From: Podarcis cretensis
Lineage: Eukaryota
NCBI GenBank assembly: GCA_951804945.1
Contig: OX638163.1
Coordinates: forward strand, 18,662,001-18,726,000
Direction of reading: 5' to 3'
DNA length: 64,000 nucleotides
Under the pieces are notes generated by a model. It saw nothing but the letters and a program-made list of their open reading frames with translations, did no database searches and was not told the DNA's origin. The position numbers and the translations under genes were made by a program. This document shows positions 23,093-35,822 of the stretch, piece after piece (position 1 is the stretch's first letter; each line of letters begins with the position of its first letter).

Positions 23093-25169
23093 ATGTGTGT
23101 GTGCTGGTGGGGGTGTTGTTGAGCCTTGATTCCTGACACTAATCACTTTGACCTCCATGGCTGGCCGCTTAATCCAAGGCTGCTGACCCTGTGACCCCAG
23201 GGGCCTTCAATAATGATGCAATAAAAGGTATTGGGTGGGGAATGAGCTTTGCCTTTGCACAGGGAGCCCTGGCATACAATACGCCCTTAACTAATTTGGG
23301 AGAAACCTGGGAACACATAGACTTATTGCATTAACTTTAATCTCCTCTGTTTACAAGACACAAGTTCCTTCAGAGACCTCATAAAAACATCCCTTCACCT
23401 CTGACCTCGCAGGGAAGCCAGCGTCCACATGCAGGCCGAGAGCAAAAAACACCTGCACACCCCTCACTGTTCATGCGGTGGACACCATTTTGTCCTTTTC
23501 CTCAGGCAGGCAGCAAAACGTAATGGGCCAGACCTCAACATGGGCTGCCATTTTGAGCATGCTGGCAAACTCTGTAGAAACTTCTCCATCCACCTGGGAT
23601 TCTGTCGTTTTTTTCCTTTTAAATTTTTTTTTATTTAAGTGAACTGTGGTACCCACCAGACTTTGAGGGAGAGGTGTCCCCCCCCCCCAGTCCCTCTCTT
23701 TTCTCCTGCCCTCCTCTTCTGGGCACTCCAGCTCATGTTACCTCCTCCACCAGGCCATCTGCTCCGCAGGGCCAGGACTTGTGCATAATTCACTAGTGTT
23801 GAGCAGTGAAGTCCTCGTGAGCCATTGTAAGCCAGCTATTCATGAGGAAGTTGCCTCCGAGGCCCAGATCTGGTGACGGGAAATCAGACACCCTCCATGG
23901 CTGACTCCTGATCTCTTGTCCTTTTGCCCTCCTGCGCACATTATGCAAGGGAGAGGCTGAAAGGGAAGGAGGTCGATTGGGCAATGGAGAGGGGGAGGGA
24001 GAGGTGGCGTGTCTTCTCCATGCAGGAATCAAACACCTGTGCTAAAATCCAGACATGGAGAAGTACTGGTTTTCGTGACAACTGAGTTAGTGTCGCTGCA
24101 ACTGCGTGGCCATGATGGGTGCAGTTCAGCCTTAGGACAAACTGTGTCATCTCTTTCCAAAACTTTTTGATAGGAATATCCTTCTGAGGGGCCGGCCCTA
24201 ATGTTAGATGGGGTGAGGAAGCAGCCTCAGGCAGCAGAGGCTGGCGTGCAGGGAGGATGTTGAAGTGTCAGAGGCTGAAGGTGGTATTCCAGCATTGTGG
24301 AGGATGCAGGCCCCTTGCCAGCCTAGAAGGAAGACACTGAACCCAACCCAGCCATACTCTGTGGGTTAAGTCCAGCATTGCCCTAAGGAACATGTCTGGT
24401 TAGTGCAAGCATGCATTGGTGGGTCCTGGGATCATCAGAAGACACCCACACCCACCCACCCACAGACTTTGTCTTGTAGGCATTTGTCTCTTTATGTCAC
24501 TAAAATGCACTCTTGGGTAGCTGTTGGGTGTGTGTTTGTCTGATGCCTCCCAGAGGCTGACACAGCCATGTGGCCCCAGGTAACTTGAGGATCTGCCTCC
24601 TTTCTCAGTTTCCGCCAGCATTCATTTTTAAAAGATATCCCAGCATGAATATTTAACAGGCAGTATTAACAAAAGATCTGTAGCTAACATTTGGCAGGCA
24701 TCATTTTGGACACAATGGGCAGGGGCAAAAGCTGGGCTTCTGGGGGCGGGAAACAAGGCTGAAATGGAAAAGTCACTACTATAAGGCTGCCAGCCCATTA
24801 AATAATATTAGCTAATTAATCTCTGAATGGAATAAAACCAACTTATTACCAAAACCTCGGCAAGGGTGTGTTTTTGTGGTATAGGTACCTTATAATTCAA
24901 TAAAACAGAACGTTTTCACATCCTTTTTTTCATCCCAGGTAAAAGCAACACTCAAGAGCCCAAATAAGCAGTCAATGATCAATTATCAAAAACTTTATTG
25001 TTGCCTTTTTTATGGGGAGGCTTGTGGTGTATGTAAGTGTGTGTGTGTGTGTGTGCAGGTGGTGCTTGGAAGCTGGTCCCCAGCTCTGCATCCTCTCCAA
25101 AGACACTAAATAAGTAAGATGGGGGAGGCCTTGGAATTTGCACCTTCTTCTTGGTTGAGGGACCAGGTT

Positions 25170-25505
25170 CCTATGTTCTCCCTCCATTGTCAGAGGCAGT
25201 GATGTTTCTCAATGCCAGTTGCTGGGAACTGCAGGAGGGGATGGTGCTCTTGTGCTCAGGTCCTGCTTGGGGGCTTCCAGTAATTGGCATCTGGTTGGCC
25301 ATCATGAGTACAGAATGCTGCACTTGGTGGGCCATTGACCTGATCCAGTAGGTTCTTCTTATGTTCTTATGGAACCTCCATGTCCAGAGGCAGTCTATAC
25401 TGATTCCTAGGTTTATAGGGGCATTTGGCCATGGTAAGAAGAGGATGCCAGGCAGGATGGGCCCTTTTTGGCCTGATCCTGCAGGTTCTTCTCATGCTCT
25501 CATGT
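25170..25505 (+). mobile_element. CR1-derived 3' end with duplicated terminus (composite, copy 3)
   Basis: Terminus, GGAACCTCCATGTCCAGAGGCAGTCTAT linker, second terminus. Confidence 0.72.
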
Positions 25506-26214
25506 TTCAGCACTTAAAATGTCCCAGCAAAAACATTAGAGCTGACCGAACTTAACCCACCCCTGTCCTTTTGCCCCTGTAGTAGAAATGAAAGGACTGA
25601 GTGTGAACAGTTCAGATGTTGGCACATTTCCAAGACTGATGCAGTCTAGAAGCAGGTGATCACTTTGCATATTTTCTATCATGACCTTTAAAATAATTAA
25701 CTTGCAATCATTACAGCGGAAAAAGGGTAAAAAAACCAAAGCAAAGCAGCATTTCCTGCTTTGTCCAACCTTGACCCCAGGAACTCGTTACCAAAACAGT
25801 GGCTGGCAGGATTACCCAGTGGAATCGGATTCCCTGACTGAATTGAAACCAGTAGCTCCTTTCCTGCCAAAACTATGTGTGCTAACAAACCCTTAATTGC
25901 TCTGCAATCCTACATACAATAGATGGGATTTGGAGGACGGGAAAATTGAAAATTGGAAGGGGGTTAATTTTCAGAACACCTGCAGGACAAGAAGGCAAAT
26001 TTCCCATTGCTGAAATCTGCTCAAGCTCTCAAATCCAACATCTGCATATTCCATGTTGATTGTGCAGCCATCTCCCATCTGTGCAATTAGGACAGGCAGC
26101 CATGACATGGTCAGAAGGCAGGAACAGGCACATCAAAGATCCACTTCTCTGCGGTTTCCACCACCCACCCCTGTTCCAGCTAATATCACCTTGCATAGCC
26201 CAGGTTCATAAAGA

Positions 26215-26620
26215 GGCCACTGCTGGATCAAGCCAAAGGGAGCCCACCATGCCCAGCAGTGCCCAACCAGGTGCCCACAAAGGGAAACTCATGAGCAAGC
26301 AGAACATGAGTGGAGCAGCTTTATTTCTCATTTATGATCCACAGCAACTGATATTCAGAGGTAGACTGCTTCTGATCCTTCAGGCAGTACATAGCCATCG
26401 TGGCTAGTTGCCACAGATAGCCTTCTCTCCATGAATTTGTCCAGTCCTCTTTTAAAGCTGTCTAGGTTGGTGACCAGCACTGCCTTTTGTGGGAGGGAGT
26501 TCCACAGTTTAACAATGAATTGGGTGAAGAAGTCCTTCATTATTATTATTATTTTCTGTCCAGCATTTCTGTCTGACATTCAGCTTCATTGGACAACCTG
26601 GTTGTGTATTAGTGTTATGA
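26215..26620 (-). mobile_element. CR1 ORF2 end and 3' UTR
   Basis: FFTQFIVKLWNSLPQKAVLVTNLDSFKRGLDKFME. Confidence 0.8.
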
Positions 26621-29600
26621 AAGAGGGGGGGGGGGGAAGCTACCTCTCCTCACACCACACCCTATCTTCTTCCCTTCCATCATTATTTTGTCCCTTCCCA
26701 GACTACCAGGGAAGAGCAGCCCAATTCCTTGTGGAGCAAAAGGCCTTATAATGGAGCCTCCCAATTGGCTATAATTGCGTAGCCTGAATTTGCTGGATGT
26801 GACTGACTCTCTCCAGCAATAGTAAGAGTCTGGAAGCCCACCCCACCCACTCCCTCACCCCCGTGGATGGTGCCCAGCCTTTGGAGACCTTTTGTAAGGA
26901 AGGGGTCTTGGGGAAGGCTGTTCTGAGGAGCATCCCATCATCATCACCACCACCACCTGTGCCCATTAATCCGAGATAGCTAGCCAGATTAATGCACACA
27001 GTAGTTACAAAATCTCATTCCACTGCCTCTTCTGGGTGAGAAGGATTAATGGCAGGGCTGTCATATCTACATATTTACATAATTACAAAGAGGTGGAGAG
27101 AGAGGAGCAGCTCCCAAGGGCTCATTCACAGGCCCTTCTTCTGACCCTGTGACATGGGGAAAGTGTCAAATCACTTTTGTTGGCACGCGGGGGGGGGGGG
27201 GGGTTTGCCTTCAATGATTCTCTATCTGGTTTGCTGCAGGAAGATTCCCCCAAATACCTCCTTTTACTACTGGAAGATCTGTGGGCTGACATCAAGTAGC
27301 CACGGGCAGGGGTAGGTGAGACATCCAGAGCTTTGCCTAAGACAGATTTCATGAATGCAACAATAGAGAGCACTCTGGTTGACAATAAGAGCTGTTCAGT
27401 GGTGGAACAGACTCCCTTGGGAGGTTGCAGATGCTCCTTTAGTGTAGGTTTTTGAACAGAGGTTATGAATGCTTTAGTTGAGATTCCTGCCTTGCAGGGG
27501 GTTGGACTAGATGTCACTTGGGTTCACTGCCAACTCTACAGTTCTATGATTCTATGACTCATTTCTACCCTTTCATAGTTTGTTTAACAAATCTGAAGCT
27601 AACCACAAGAAAACCATGACTATGTTCCTTAAAATGCGGAATTACTATCAGTAGCTGTGCTTTTAAGATTTATGTCCAGTCAAAACAATTGTCAGCTGAA
27701 GGTCCCTTTGTTGCTGCAACACACATGAGCTAACTTTGCCCCAGTGTGAATTCAGGCAGAGATTCACAAGGAGGCTTTTAACAGATGATCTGTGTTGTGC
27801 AAGGTGGATCGATTATTGGCAGCTTTCACTCATTTGGGTGTCGAAATCTAGATTTACCTTTGTTTGGTCACTGGGATTGTGTGCTGTTTGTTGCATGTGT
27901 GAGAGGGCCTCTGCATAAATATGGTGGCGTGATCTGAATCTGAGCCCCTCCAAAAGTAGTGCTAAGACCAAGTCTCAAAGGTTTCCCTCTTAAGGTGCCG
28001 CAACATTCATTTGGCCCTACTTTCTGGGGAGCCCAGATTGTGAGCCAAGGTTATTCATCTCCCTCCCTCTCCGCCTTTATTTGGCTGGTAAGATTGACAC
28101 CCCCTCCTTTGACATAACCACAACCACATCCTCTTTTCATTCCTAGGCATGGCCATAAGGCCCCTCAAGCTGGCACCATGATGACCCCTGATGGTACCTT
28201 TGAAAAGTTCCAGCAAAGATTCCCTCCAAACTCCATAATGCAGAGAAAACTGTTTGCTCTTCCTGCTCAGTTCCACTTCACATTGGCTTGCCCATTTAAT
28301 GGTCCTTAATATAGATGAGGTTTCCTTAGTTCCTGACCCCACCCCAATCTTAGTGTAAAGCAGGTTGTGGCTTCTCCTCCTACTTGCCCATGAAGCACAC
28401 GGCCCAGTGCGTCATCCACTCCCCTGCCCTCTACAGGGCTGTGGCAAATTCAGTGCTTCCCTCCACCCCACATAAAACCCACATTCTCCCCATGCCCTTG
28501 TGACCCTTCTCCTGCTTTCTGTTCCAGAGCCAAAGGATTCCCATTTCACTGGGCTTTGTGTGGTGCCTCCTCTTGCTCCCATATAATTCCCTTGAAGAAT
28601 CTGTGGTGTTCTTAGTAGATTCCATAATCACAAAAGGTAATTAAAACTGCCAGAGTCTAATTAAACCACTTAATTAAACACCCCTTTGGCAGCAGCTTGT
28701 GACTGCAGAGCCAAATAATCACAACTGCTTGGGTCTCTCCTGCAGAGCCTCCTCCCTCAATTCTTGGGGCAGGAATAGGCCGTAAATCAGAATAAAAGGA
28801 ATCAATACTCACTCTTTGGGAAAAGATAATCAAGGCCAAGCAATCTGATCACTAAGCATTGCAAGGACCAGCCTTAAACCAGAGTTGGGCAGCCTGCAGC
28901 GTGGCTCCATTCCTACCTATACCAGCCCTAGGGGAAGCTGGCATGACTGTGGGATCATGCCTATGGATCATGTGCAGAGTACCTACAACAGGCCTCTGGT
29001 GCTGAGGCAGATGCAGGCATGCAGGATGGCCGACCAGCATTATTCTGGTGTGAGATGAATGAGGGTGTGGGGCTTGTCAATAAACTCATAAAGACCCACA
29101 GCCCCATAATGGCCATTCAGAAGGGAAAGGCCATCTAGGAAGCAAACAATTGTGACCCTTATTGATAATTGCATTGGCTCCCAAAGCTATTGGCACCTCA
29201 AATCAGCTGGGCAAGGCAGGGCCCACTGGGAGCAATGACTGAAGGAGCCAGCAGGATCCTTCCAGAGGGAGGATGGAAGCTTGCCCGCTCCTCACACAGG
29301 GCCATTTTGCCAAATGAAAATTGACATTTTGGACTGAACTTTGTGACCTCCCATCATTACGCTAATGGCCTCCTCTGAAGCAGAATCTCTGAGGTTGGGC
29401 TTGGGAGTCTATATGGATTCCTTGGGTGGGGAAACAGGCAGCATTGGGCAACAGAGGCTGTCTACACACACAGCTGAATCCAGGCAGGAGGAGGTTGGAG
29501 AGAGAAAGGTGCTTCCTCTCATTCTCACATAGGGTGGCCATTGTTGAAAAATAAAGGGCAGAGATCTGCATAAAATTTGTACGGATGCAAAACACCACCA

Positions 29601-29842
29601 CCACTACTGACCTGTGTTTTGGGGTGGATGAATGAGGGGACTCAAACATCCTCTTGTTTTTTAAAAAAATCACCTTGTGCAAATATCACTACACACACAC
29701 ATATATATTGAGATGCATATAGCTAAATGCACCCCTGCATATACATCACACACATTGTGACACAGTGTTTTGGTTGCAATGTGTAGATGTGTTGTGCGAG
29801 CACTCCCCACGTTCCTCCCAGGACTGGAAAGAGGTTAGTTTA

Positions 29843-30095
29843 GAGAGCCAGTGTGGTGTAGTGGTTAAGAGCGGTAGTCTCGTAATCTGGGGAACCGGGT
29901 TCGCGTCTCCGCTCCTCCACATGCAGCTGCTGGGTGACCTTGGGCCAGTCACACTTCTTTGAAGTCTCTCAGCCCCACTTACCTCACAGAGTGTTTGTTG
30001 TGGGGGAGGAAGGGAAAGGAGATTGTTAGCCGCTTTGAGACTCCTTAAAGGGAGTGAAAGGCGGGATATCAAATCCAAACTCTTCTTCTTCTTCT
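29843..30095 (+). mobile_element. Full-length young Squam3-type SINE with (CTT)n tail
   Basis: GAGAGCCAGTGTGGTGTAGTGG A-box, GGGTTCGCGTC B-box, CORE-like body, (CTT)n tail; CpGs retained. Confidence 0.9.
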
Positions 30096-33000
30096 TTAAC
30101 TTCCAGTTTGCTAGTAAAACTGAATTACTGTGTTGCAAAATGATGCATGTCTAAAAAGTGTGTCACCAACATGGAAAGTTTGGAAAGCTCTAGTCTATAG
30201 TGTAGACCAGTGATTCCCAACAAGGGGCCCGGGGACCCCTGGGGGTCCACAGAACATACCCAGGGGGTCCATGACCCCTTTCCTTGCATCCCCCCAACTA
30301 ATTTTTTGTCATTTTTGCATTGTAATATCACAGATTTTATTGTCTGATTTAGTGCTGTGTGATTTTTCAATATATTTTGCCAAAATCCGTTTTGAAATCA
30401 CACTGAGTTGATGATTTTGACCTGGCAATATGCAGCAATACATGGCTCCTGACGCAAAGGATAGCAGGGCAGCCAATTTCAAGGCACCATATCTCACGAT
30501 GATCTCAGCCAATAACAACACTGATCTACCTTCCCCTCATGCTGAGGGGAAACAGGGCAGCTGATTGCCCTCACTGCAAGGCACCATAGCACTACCTTCC
30601 CCTGGCACTGAGGCGGAGCATCTTTTCTCAGTCAGCAGGAAAGCAACAGCAGCCACAGTGGACATGCATCTTTGCTGGCTGCCATCACTGATAGCGGGTT
30701 GATGCACCCAACCCCCACTTCCATTATATTTGCCTGATGTTCTGTGATGATTTGGGTGGTAATTCTGCCAGGAGGCCCTCACAAAAGCAAAAGTATAAAA
30801 TGTCAAACATGCTTTTGTTTAGCTTTCTTTGCTGATTACTCTGTAAGGACCAAGTTACAAATGTAATAAATGGGTCAAAGTCTACTGGCTGCTATTGCTT
30901 TGGTATTCTTGGTTGTATTGCCTCTGTCTTTTCTCTGACCATCTAGCAATCTCTTTAACAGGCTCCTGCGCCTTCTGTGGTGTGTGGGGATCCCTCAAAG
31001 CTCCCTGCCTCATATATATTTTTTCAAAAATCTGGCAACCATGAAGGGGCGACAGCTTCCCTGTTTTGCGAAGTCCACTGGGGTCTGACAATTTAACCGG
31101 CACCAGTCCAATTTGCCGAATCGGGTTCAGACCCAAAGGGAAGTTCTGGGCTCTATCTCTGTCCTGTGTCTGCCCAGTCACACCAGTACTGACTGGGGCT
31201 CCTCAGATTGGGAATCCAAAGCAAGGGGGCAGGCTCTGTTTCCATCCTCTTTACTATCTCCAGTATAGCCACACCTGTTGCCTGCAATCGATTGTTATGA
31301 AGTGACAGGGGTTCTTCAGGAAGCAAGGGGACCATTCTTTTCCCTGCACTATCATCGGATTGGCTGCACTGACATTGCTAAGGGAGCAAGCATTCATAGA
31401 AGGTGGCCCTTGTTTCCTTAGCTTGTTAGAGGCAGAAGGATTGCCAGGGAAACACTCTTCAGTGAGGACAGTGGGAAGAGAGGGACCGGGACACAAACCA
31501 CCCCAGAAGGCTATAGGTGCAAATAGGAGGGATGGAATCCAGATGGTATCAGGTGGGAGAGCTGTCATGACAAAGGCCATGGTCCCAAAATGTGCCCACG
31601 TTCTACCACAACTCACTGGGGAGAGATGAAACTTGCTGAAAGTATAAAGAGCTTCTAAGAACGGTGCAACCTGTCTGGGATTTGACATTTCCCAAGGAAG
31701 TTCCCGCCTCCATGCCAGCAGGTCAGGAACATGATGGAGGGTTAAAGATGGGTCAAACACCATTGCCTGAGCCATCACAGTTCACCCTGTGTACAATATT
31801 GTGACTTTTGGTTGTTCCACATCCTTTCTGCGGTTCCTTTGTGGAAACCGCTTACACTGGGGTTCTGTTACAGGACGAGCTAAGTGGAGATTTCCTCATT
31901 CTGCTTTGCCCCTTTTCAGCACAATTTTTGGTGCTCGTGTAAGTGGGAGTGCATGTGTTGAAGGGAACCCAAGCAGGGCTGAGCTGACACACTCCACATG
32001 GCAGCCCCAGCCTACCTTCCCCAAAATTAATGTGCACATGTTGGGGCAGGGATGGAGAGGGCAAAACAAGATGAAGAACAGAAGCAGAAATATTTTGTTA
32101 CTGCGGTGAAGGAAAGCAAGAAACACACAGCAATGGACACACAGGCAGAGATGGTACTTTCCTGCAACATCCTCCTTGTCCCCATAAAGCTGGGTGACTG
32201 TTAAGAGTGAGTTGGGTTGCCTGTGGGGAGAGGAAGAGAAGAAGAGGGATGGGTGGAGTGTTGAGGGTAGAAGGAGAGAGAAACACACATGACACTCCTC
32301 ACTTTCAGGGTGATTTGTAAATCCCTCCTTATAGAGCACACACACAGCAAGGCACACATCATCAAGCTACTTTGCTATTTTCTTGCATTTCTCAAGCCCT
32401 CTTTGTAACAATAAGGAACTGTTAGTTACTGGAACTGGGGAGGATTTTTGTTTGGGGGGGGGGGAGAGATTTTAAGAAAATAAACAGTCATGGAAAAAGT
32501 GTTTCCCCACTTTTTGCCACTGTTTTATTTTGGGAAGATATTGGCTGTAAGTTAAGGAAAGGACAGCGCCCGCCCGCCCCCCGCTTCCCTGAATGCCCCT
32601 CAAGTCATCCCAGGGTGCCATGGCCTACTGGCTGAAAACCAATGCTTAGGGCACTTGCCATAGCGCCTCTAGTGGCTGGCCCATTTGACAGCTAGCACAC
32701 TGACTTAAAGGCCACTTTTTTGTTTGTGAACTCACGTGTGGGTTTCTGTGTTTGTGGATGGGTATTAATGCACTAATGTACATGCACTTATTTCATGCAC
32801 ATATTTCTTATATCACTCTGATGGAGGCAATGTGTTTTGAGCATTTCTGCAGGTTATTAATAAGCAAACCTTTAAAGACCATTCCATCTTATTCCAACCC
32901 TATGACTCTATTACTTTATGATCTCACCTTTTTCTCTGAGAAGCACAAGGTGGCATACATGGTTCTATCTCTCTCCTCATTTAATTCCTATGACAACCTT

Positions 33001-33679
33001 GTGAAGCAGGTTAGGCTGAGAAGCAGTGAGCTTCGTGGCAGAGTGTGTATGTGGGGATTCGAACCTTGGTTTCTTCCAGGTCTTTGTCCAATGCTCTAAC
33101 CATTACTAGCTACCTATATCCCCAAAATACATTTGGATCTTCTAGGTTGAATGTTGTTGTTGTTTTTAAATGTCTCACTTAGAAGGTTAATATTTGCCAT
33201 TCTTTCCTGCCACTCTCTGGACATATATGTGGTCCCCCAAGCCCATACAGATGTTTCTGAAGCCTGTAATCCTGACAAAGGACTTAACTTAGTGTTAAGG
33301 AAAAATGGGTTACATAAAGACGCCTGATCTTCTTAAGAAAGCGAGGGTGGCCCCCCCACCCTGCCCTGCGGGCATATTGTACGCCAAACAAGACTAAAAG
33401 AGGGGCACGGAGGCACCAAGGCCACTTGGCAGATGTCTCTCCTTGGAAATCCAGTTTTATTTTTCCTGATTTCTTAATGTCTGGTGGAGAAACACCTGCA
33501 ATATGGACAGGGACTGATTCTCAGAATCACAGCCTTCCTTTTATTTGGAGAGGTCCTTTCCCTTTAAAATGGGAGCCCACATCAGGACTGAGCTCAGATA
33601 TGTGCCTCTGTCTGTAAAGCCTGAAAAACACACTTCTTGGAGGCTTCCTGTACTAGTGAAGAAAAGGACCCTTCAAGCG

Positions 33680-33860
33680 CTTGGCACAACCCCTTTTCTT
33701 CTCCCATCGTTAAGTGTAGCTGCACGTACACTTTGGAACCCCCTGCCAAAGCAGGTGCCTTTGCTGTACTCTTTTTGTCATCTGCTAAAAACATTCCTGA
33801 TTAGATAAGCCTGTCCAGATACTTGGAAAGCTGATGCGAGTTTTAACCTGTTTTCTAGTG
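33680..33860 (+). mobile_element. L2 3' fragment
   Basis: SVAARTLWNPLP...FCHLLKTFLIR. Confidence 0.55.
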
Positions 33861-34442
33861 TTATAACTCCTTTAACTGAGCTGGCCTGCGTAAATTACCC
33901 CAAAGAGTCCCACAGTCCCCTGGGGAAGGTGAGGGGTTTGGTTGCTGAAGCAGTCACTCTTGTAGTTTTAATGAAAAGCTTTGATTAAAAACATTGGGAG
34001 CATTATTATAGCTGGTAATTGGTCTTACTTTCTGAAGAAATTATATGAAAAGAGAATTATTATTTCTCATTTTGAGCTGGGCAACTGCTGGGGTAAGGGT
34101 GTGTGTGTGTTATGGCACTGGTGCCTCCCTTGCCTCATCGTGGCATCTTCACAGTCCTTAGTGCTCTCAGGAGCAAAGCAGAAAGCACAAGAATAGTTGT
34201 GCAAAGACTACAAAGGTGTCTCACAAATCCATCACCATGTCTGAAGCTTTTGTGGACTCCATCTCATCAGGCAAATGTGGAAAGAGAGAGGAATAAACAA
34301 TAGCAATTTCCTCAGGGTCCCTGGCCACACCGGTGCCACCTAACAGAGAGGAAGGACACTGTGTACCAAGGCCACACAGGGAAGGCTCCAATCACCACAT
34401 GGCACAATCACCAGGAAGAAGTCTTCCGCCAACCAAGTCACA

Positions 34443-34980
34443 CATAAGAACATAATAAGAGCCCCGCAGGATCAGGCAAATAGCTCATTTAGCCAAATAT
34501 CCACTTCTCACAGTGGCTACTCATATGCCCTAAGCTGGAAACCCACCAGCAGGACCTGAGCACAAGTGCACCCCTCAATGGCTTCCAGCAACTGATATTC
34601 AGAAACAATACAGAATCCAACTGCGGAGGCAGATCATAGCCATGGTCATTAGTAGCCATTGACAGCTCTTTTTCCTCCATGAATTTGTCTAATCCTCTTT
34701 TAAAGCCATCCAGGTTCATGGTCATCACTTCCTCTGGTGGGAGTGAGTTCCACAGTTTAACTATGTGCTGCGTGAATGACTTCGCCCCCTCTGTCCTAAA
34801 TTTTCCAACATTAAGCTTCATTGGATGTCCATAGATTTTCAGTGTTATGAGAGGAGAAAAACTTCTCTGTCCTTATCATTCATACACTTCTATCTTGTCC
34901 CCACTTAAGCATATTTTTTTCTAAATTAAAAAGACCCATTAGGGTATTGCTCCCTAGCTTCTTGATCATTTTTGTTTCCT
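34443..34980 (-). mobile_element. CR1 ORF2 end and complete 3' UTR
   Basis: MKLNVGKFRT...FTQHIVKLWNSLP...LDGFKRGLDKFMEEK; terminus CATAAGAACATAA on +. Confidence 0.85.
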
Positions 34981-35742
34981 CTTTCTCTGCACTTTGAGGT
35001 GTTCATCGCTTGAGTAATTACAAGTTGGTAAGAATGACCTCACACCATTTAAAAACAATACGAGGGTAGATCCCCACCTTTGAGGAGCAAATTTAATTAT
35101 TTCCCTTTTACCAACCCTATTGGAAGGAGCTATCTTCTTGCTAAGGGCTCCTCCTAATGGCCAAACATCAGAAGCACGCACAACAAAGAATTCCTCCGAA
35201 AGAGCTCCAGGGAAGGTTTTATGGGGTTGGAACAATGAATGTACCTTACTGTAAACAGGGGAAGATATACTACGAAACTAATGAAGCTCAAGCTTCTGGG
35301 CCCTAATCCTGGAAGGGCCCCAGAAGTGACCTTAGTCCACATTGCTTAAAAAAAGTAAGTCTAGTAGACCCAATTTGAGTCACATGCCTAAAAAACAATA
35401 AGACGTAAGAATTTTTTATTTACATTGGTGACTTTGACATGTGACATAATCCAGTAAATTACAGCATTATTTTTTTTAATGGACATATAGTACTTTTTTT
35501 AAAGTGATCTGTTGTGGAACAACCCCACTGAAGAAGATAACAGTGGTTACCCAGACCTTGTTACTGGTTGCAAAGGGCCCCAGAAATGTAGGTCTGCCAC
35601 TGACTTTAAAAGCTGTTTTGAAAATAGTTCTGCTTTGTTCCATAAGGGAGCATAGGCAAATAAAACCCGAGGTCCCAAGTCATATGCTACTCAGGAATAA
35701 AGGGCTCCTCAACAGTAAGGGCTCTCAGAATACCAGCAGCTG

Positions 35743-35822
35743 TGAGCAGGTGTGGGTGTGGAAGGTTATTAGTCCTTATTTTGAGCAGGTGTGGGTGTGG
35801 AAGGTTATATTAGTCCTTATTT
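35743..35822. repeat. Two-copy tandem duplication (39 and 41 bp)
   Basis: TGAGCAGGTGTGGGTGTGGAAGGTTA(TA)TTAGTCCTTATTT twice. Confidence 0.9.

Noticed and set aside
31254-32357. ORFs of 174 and 153 aa on the minus strand
   Set aside because: No recognisable homology, splice support or coding-like pattern
32660-32680. CTCF-like AGCGCCTCTAGTGGC
   Set aside because: One base shorter than the consensus core, so not supportable without a matrix score
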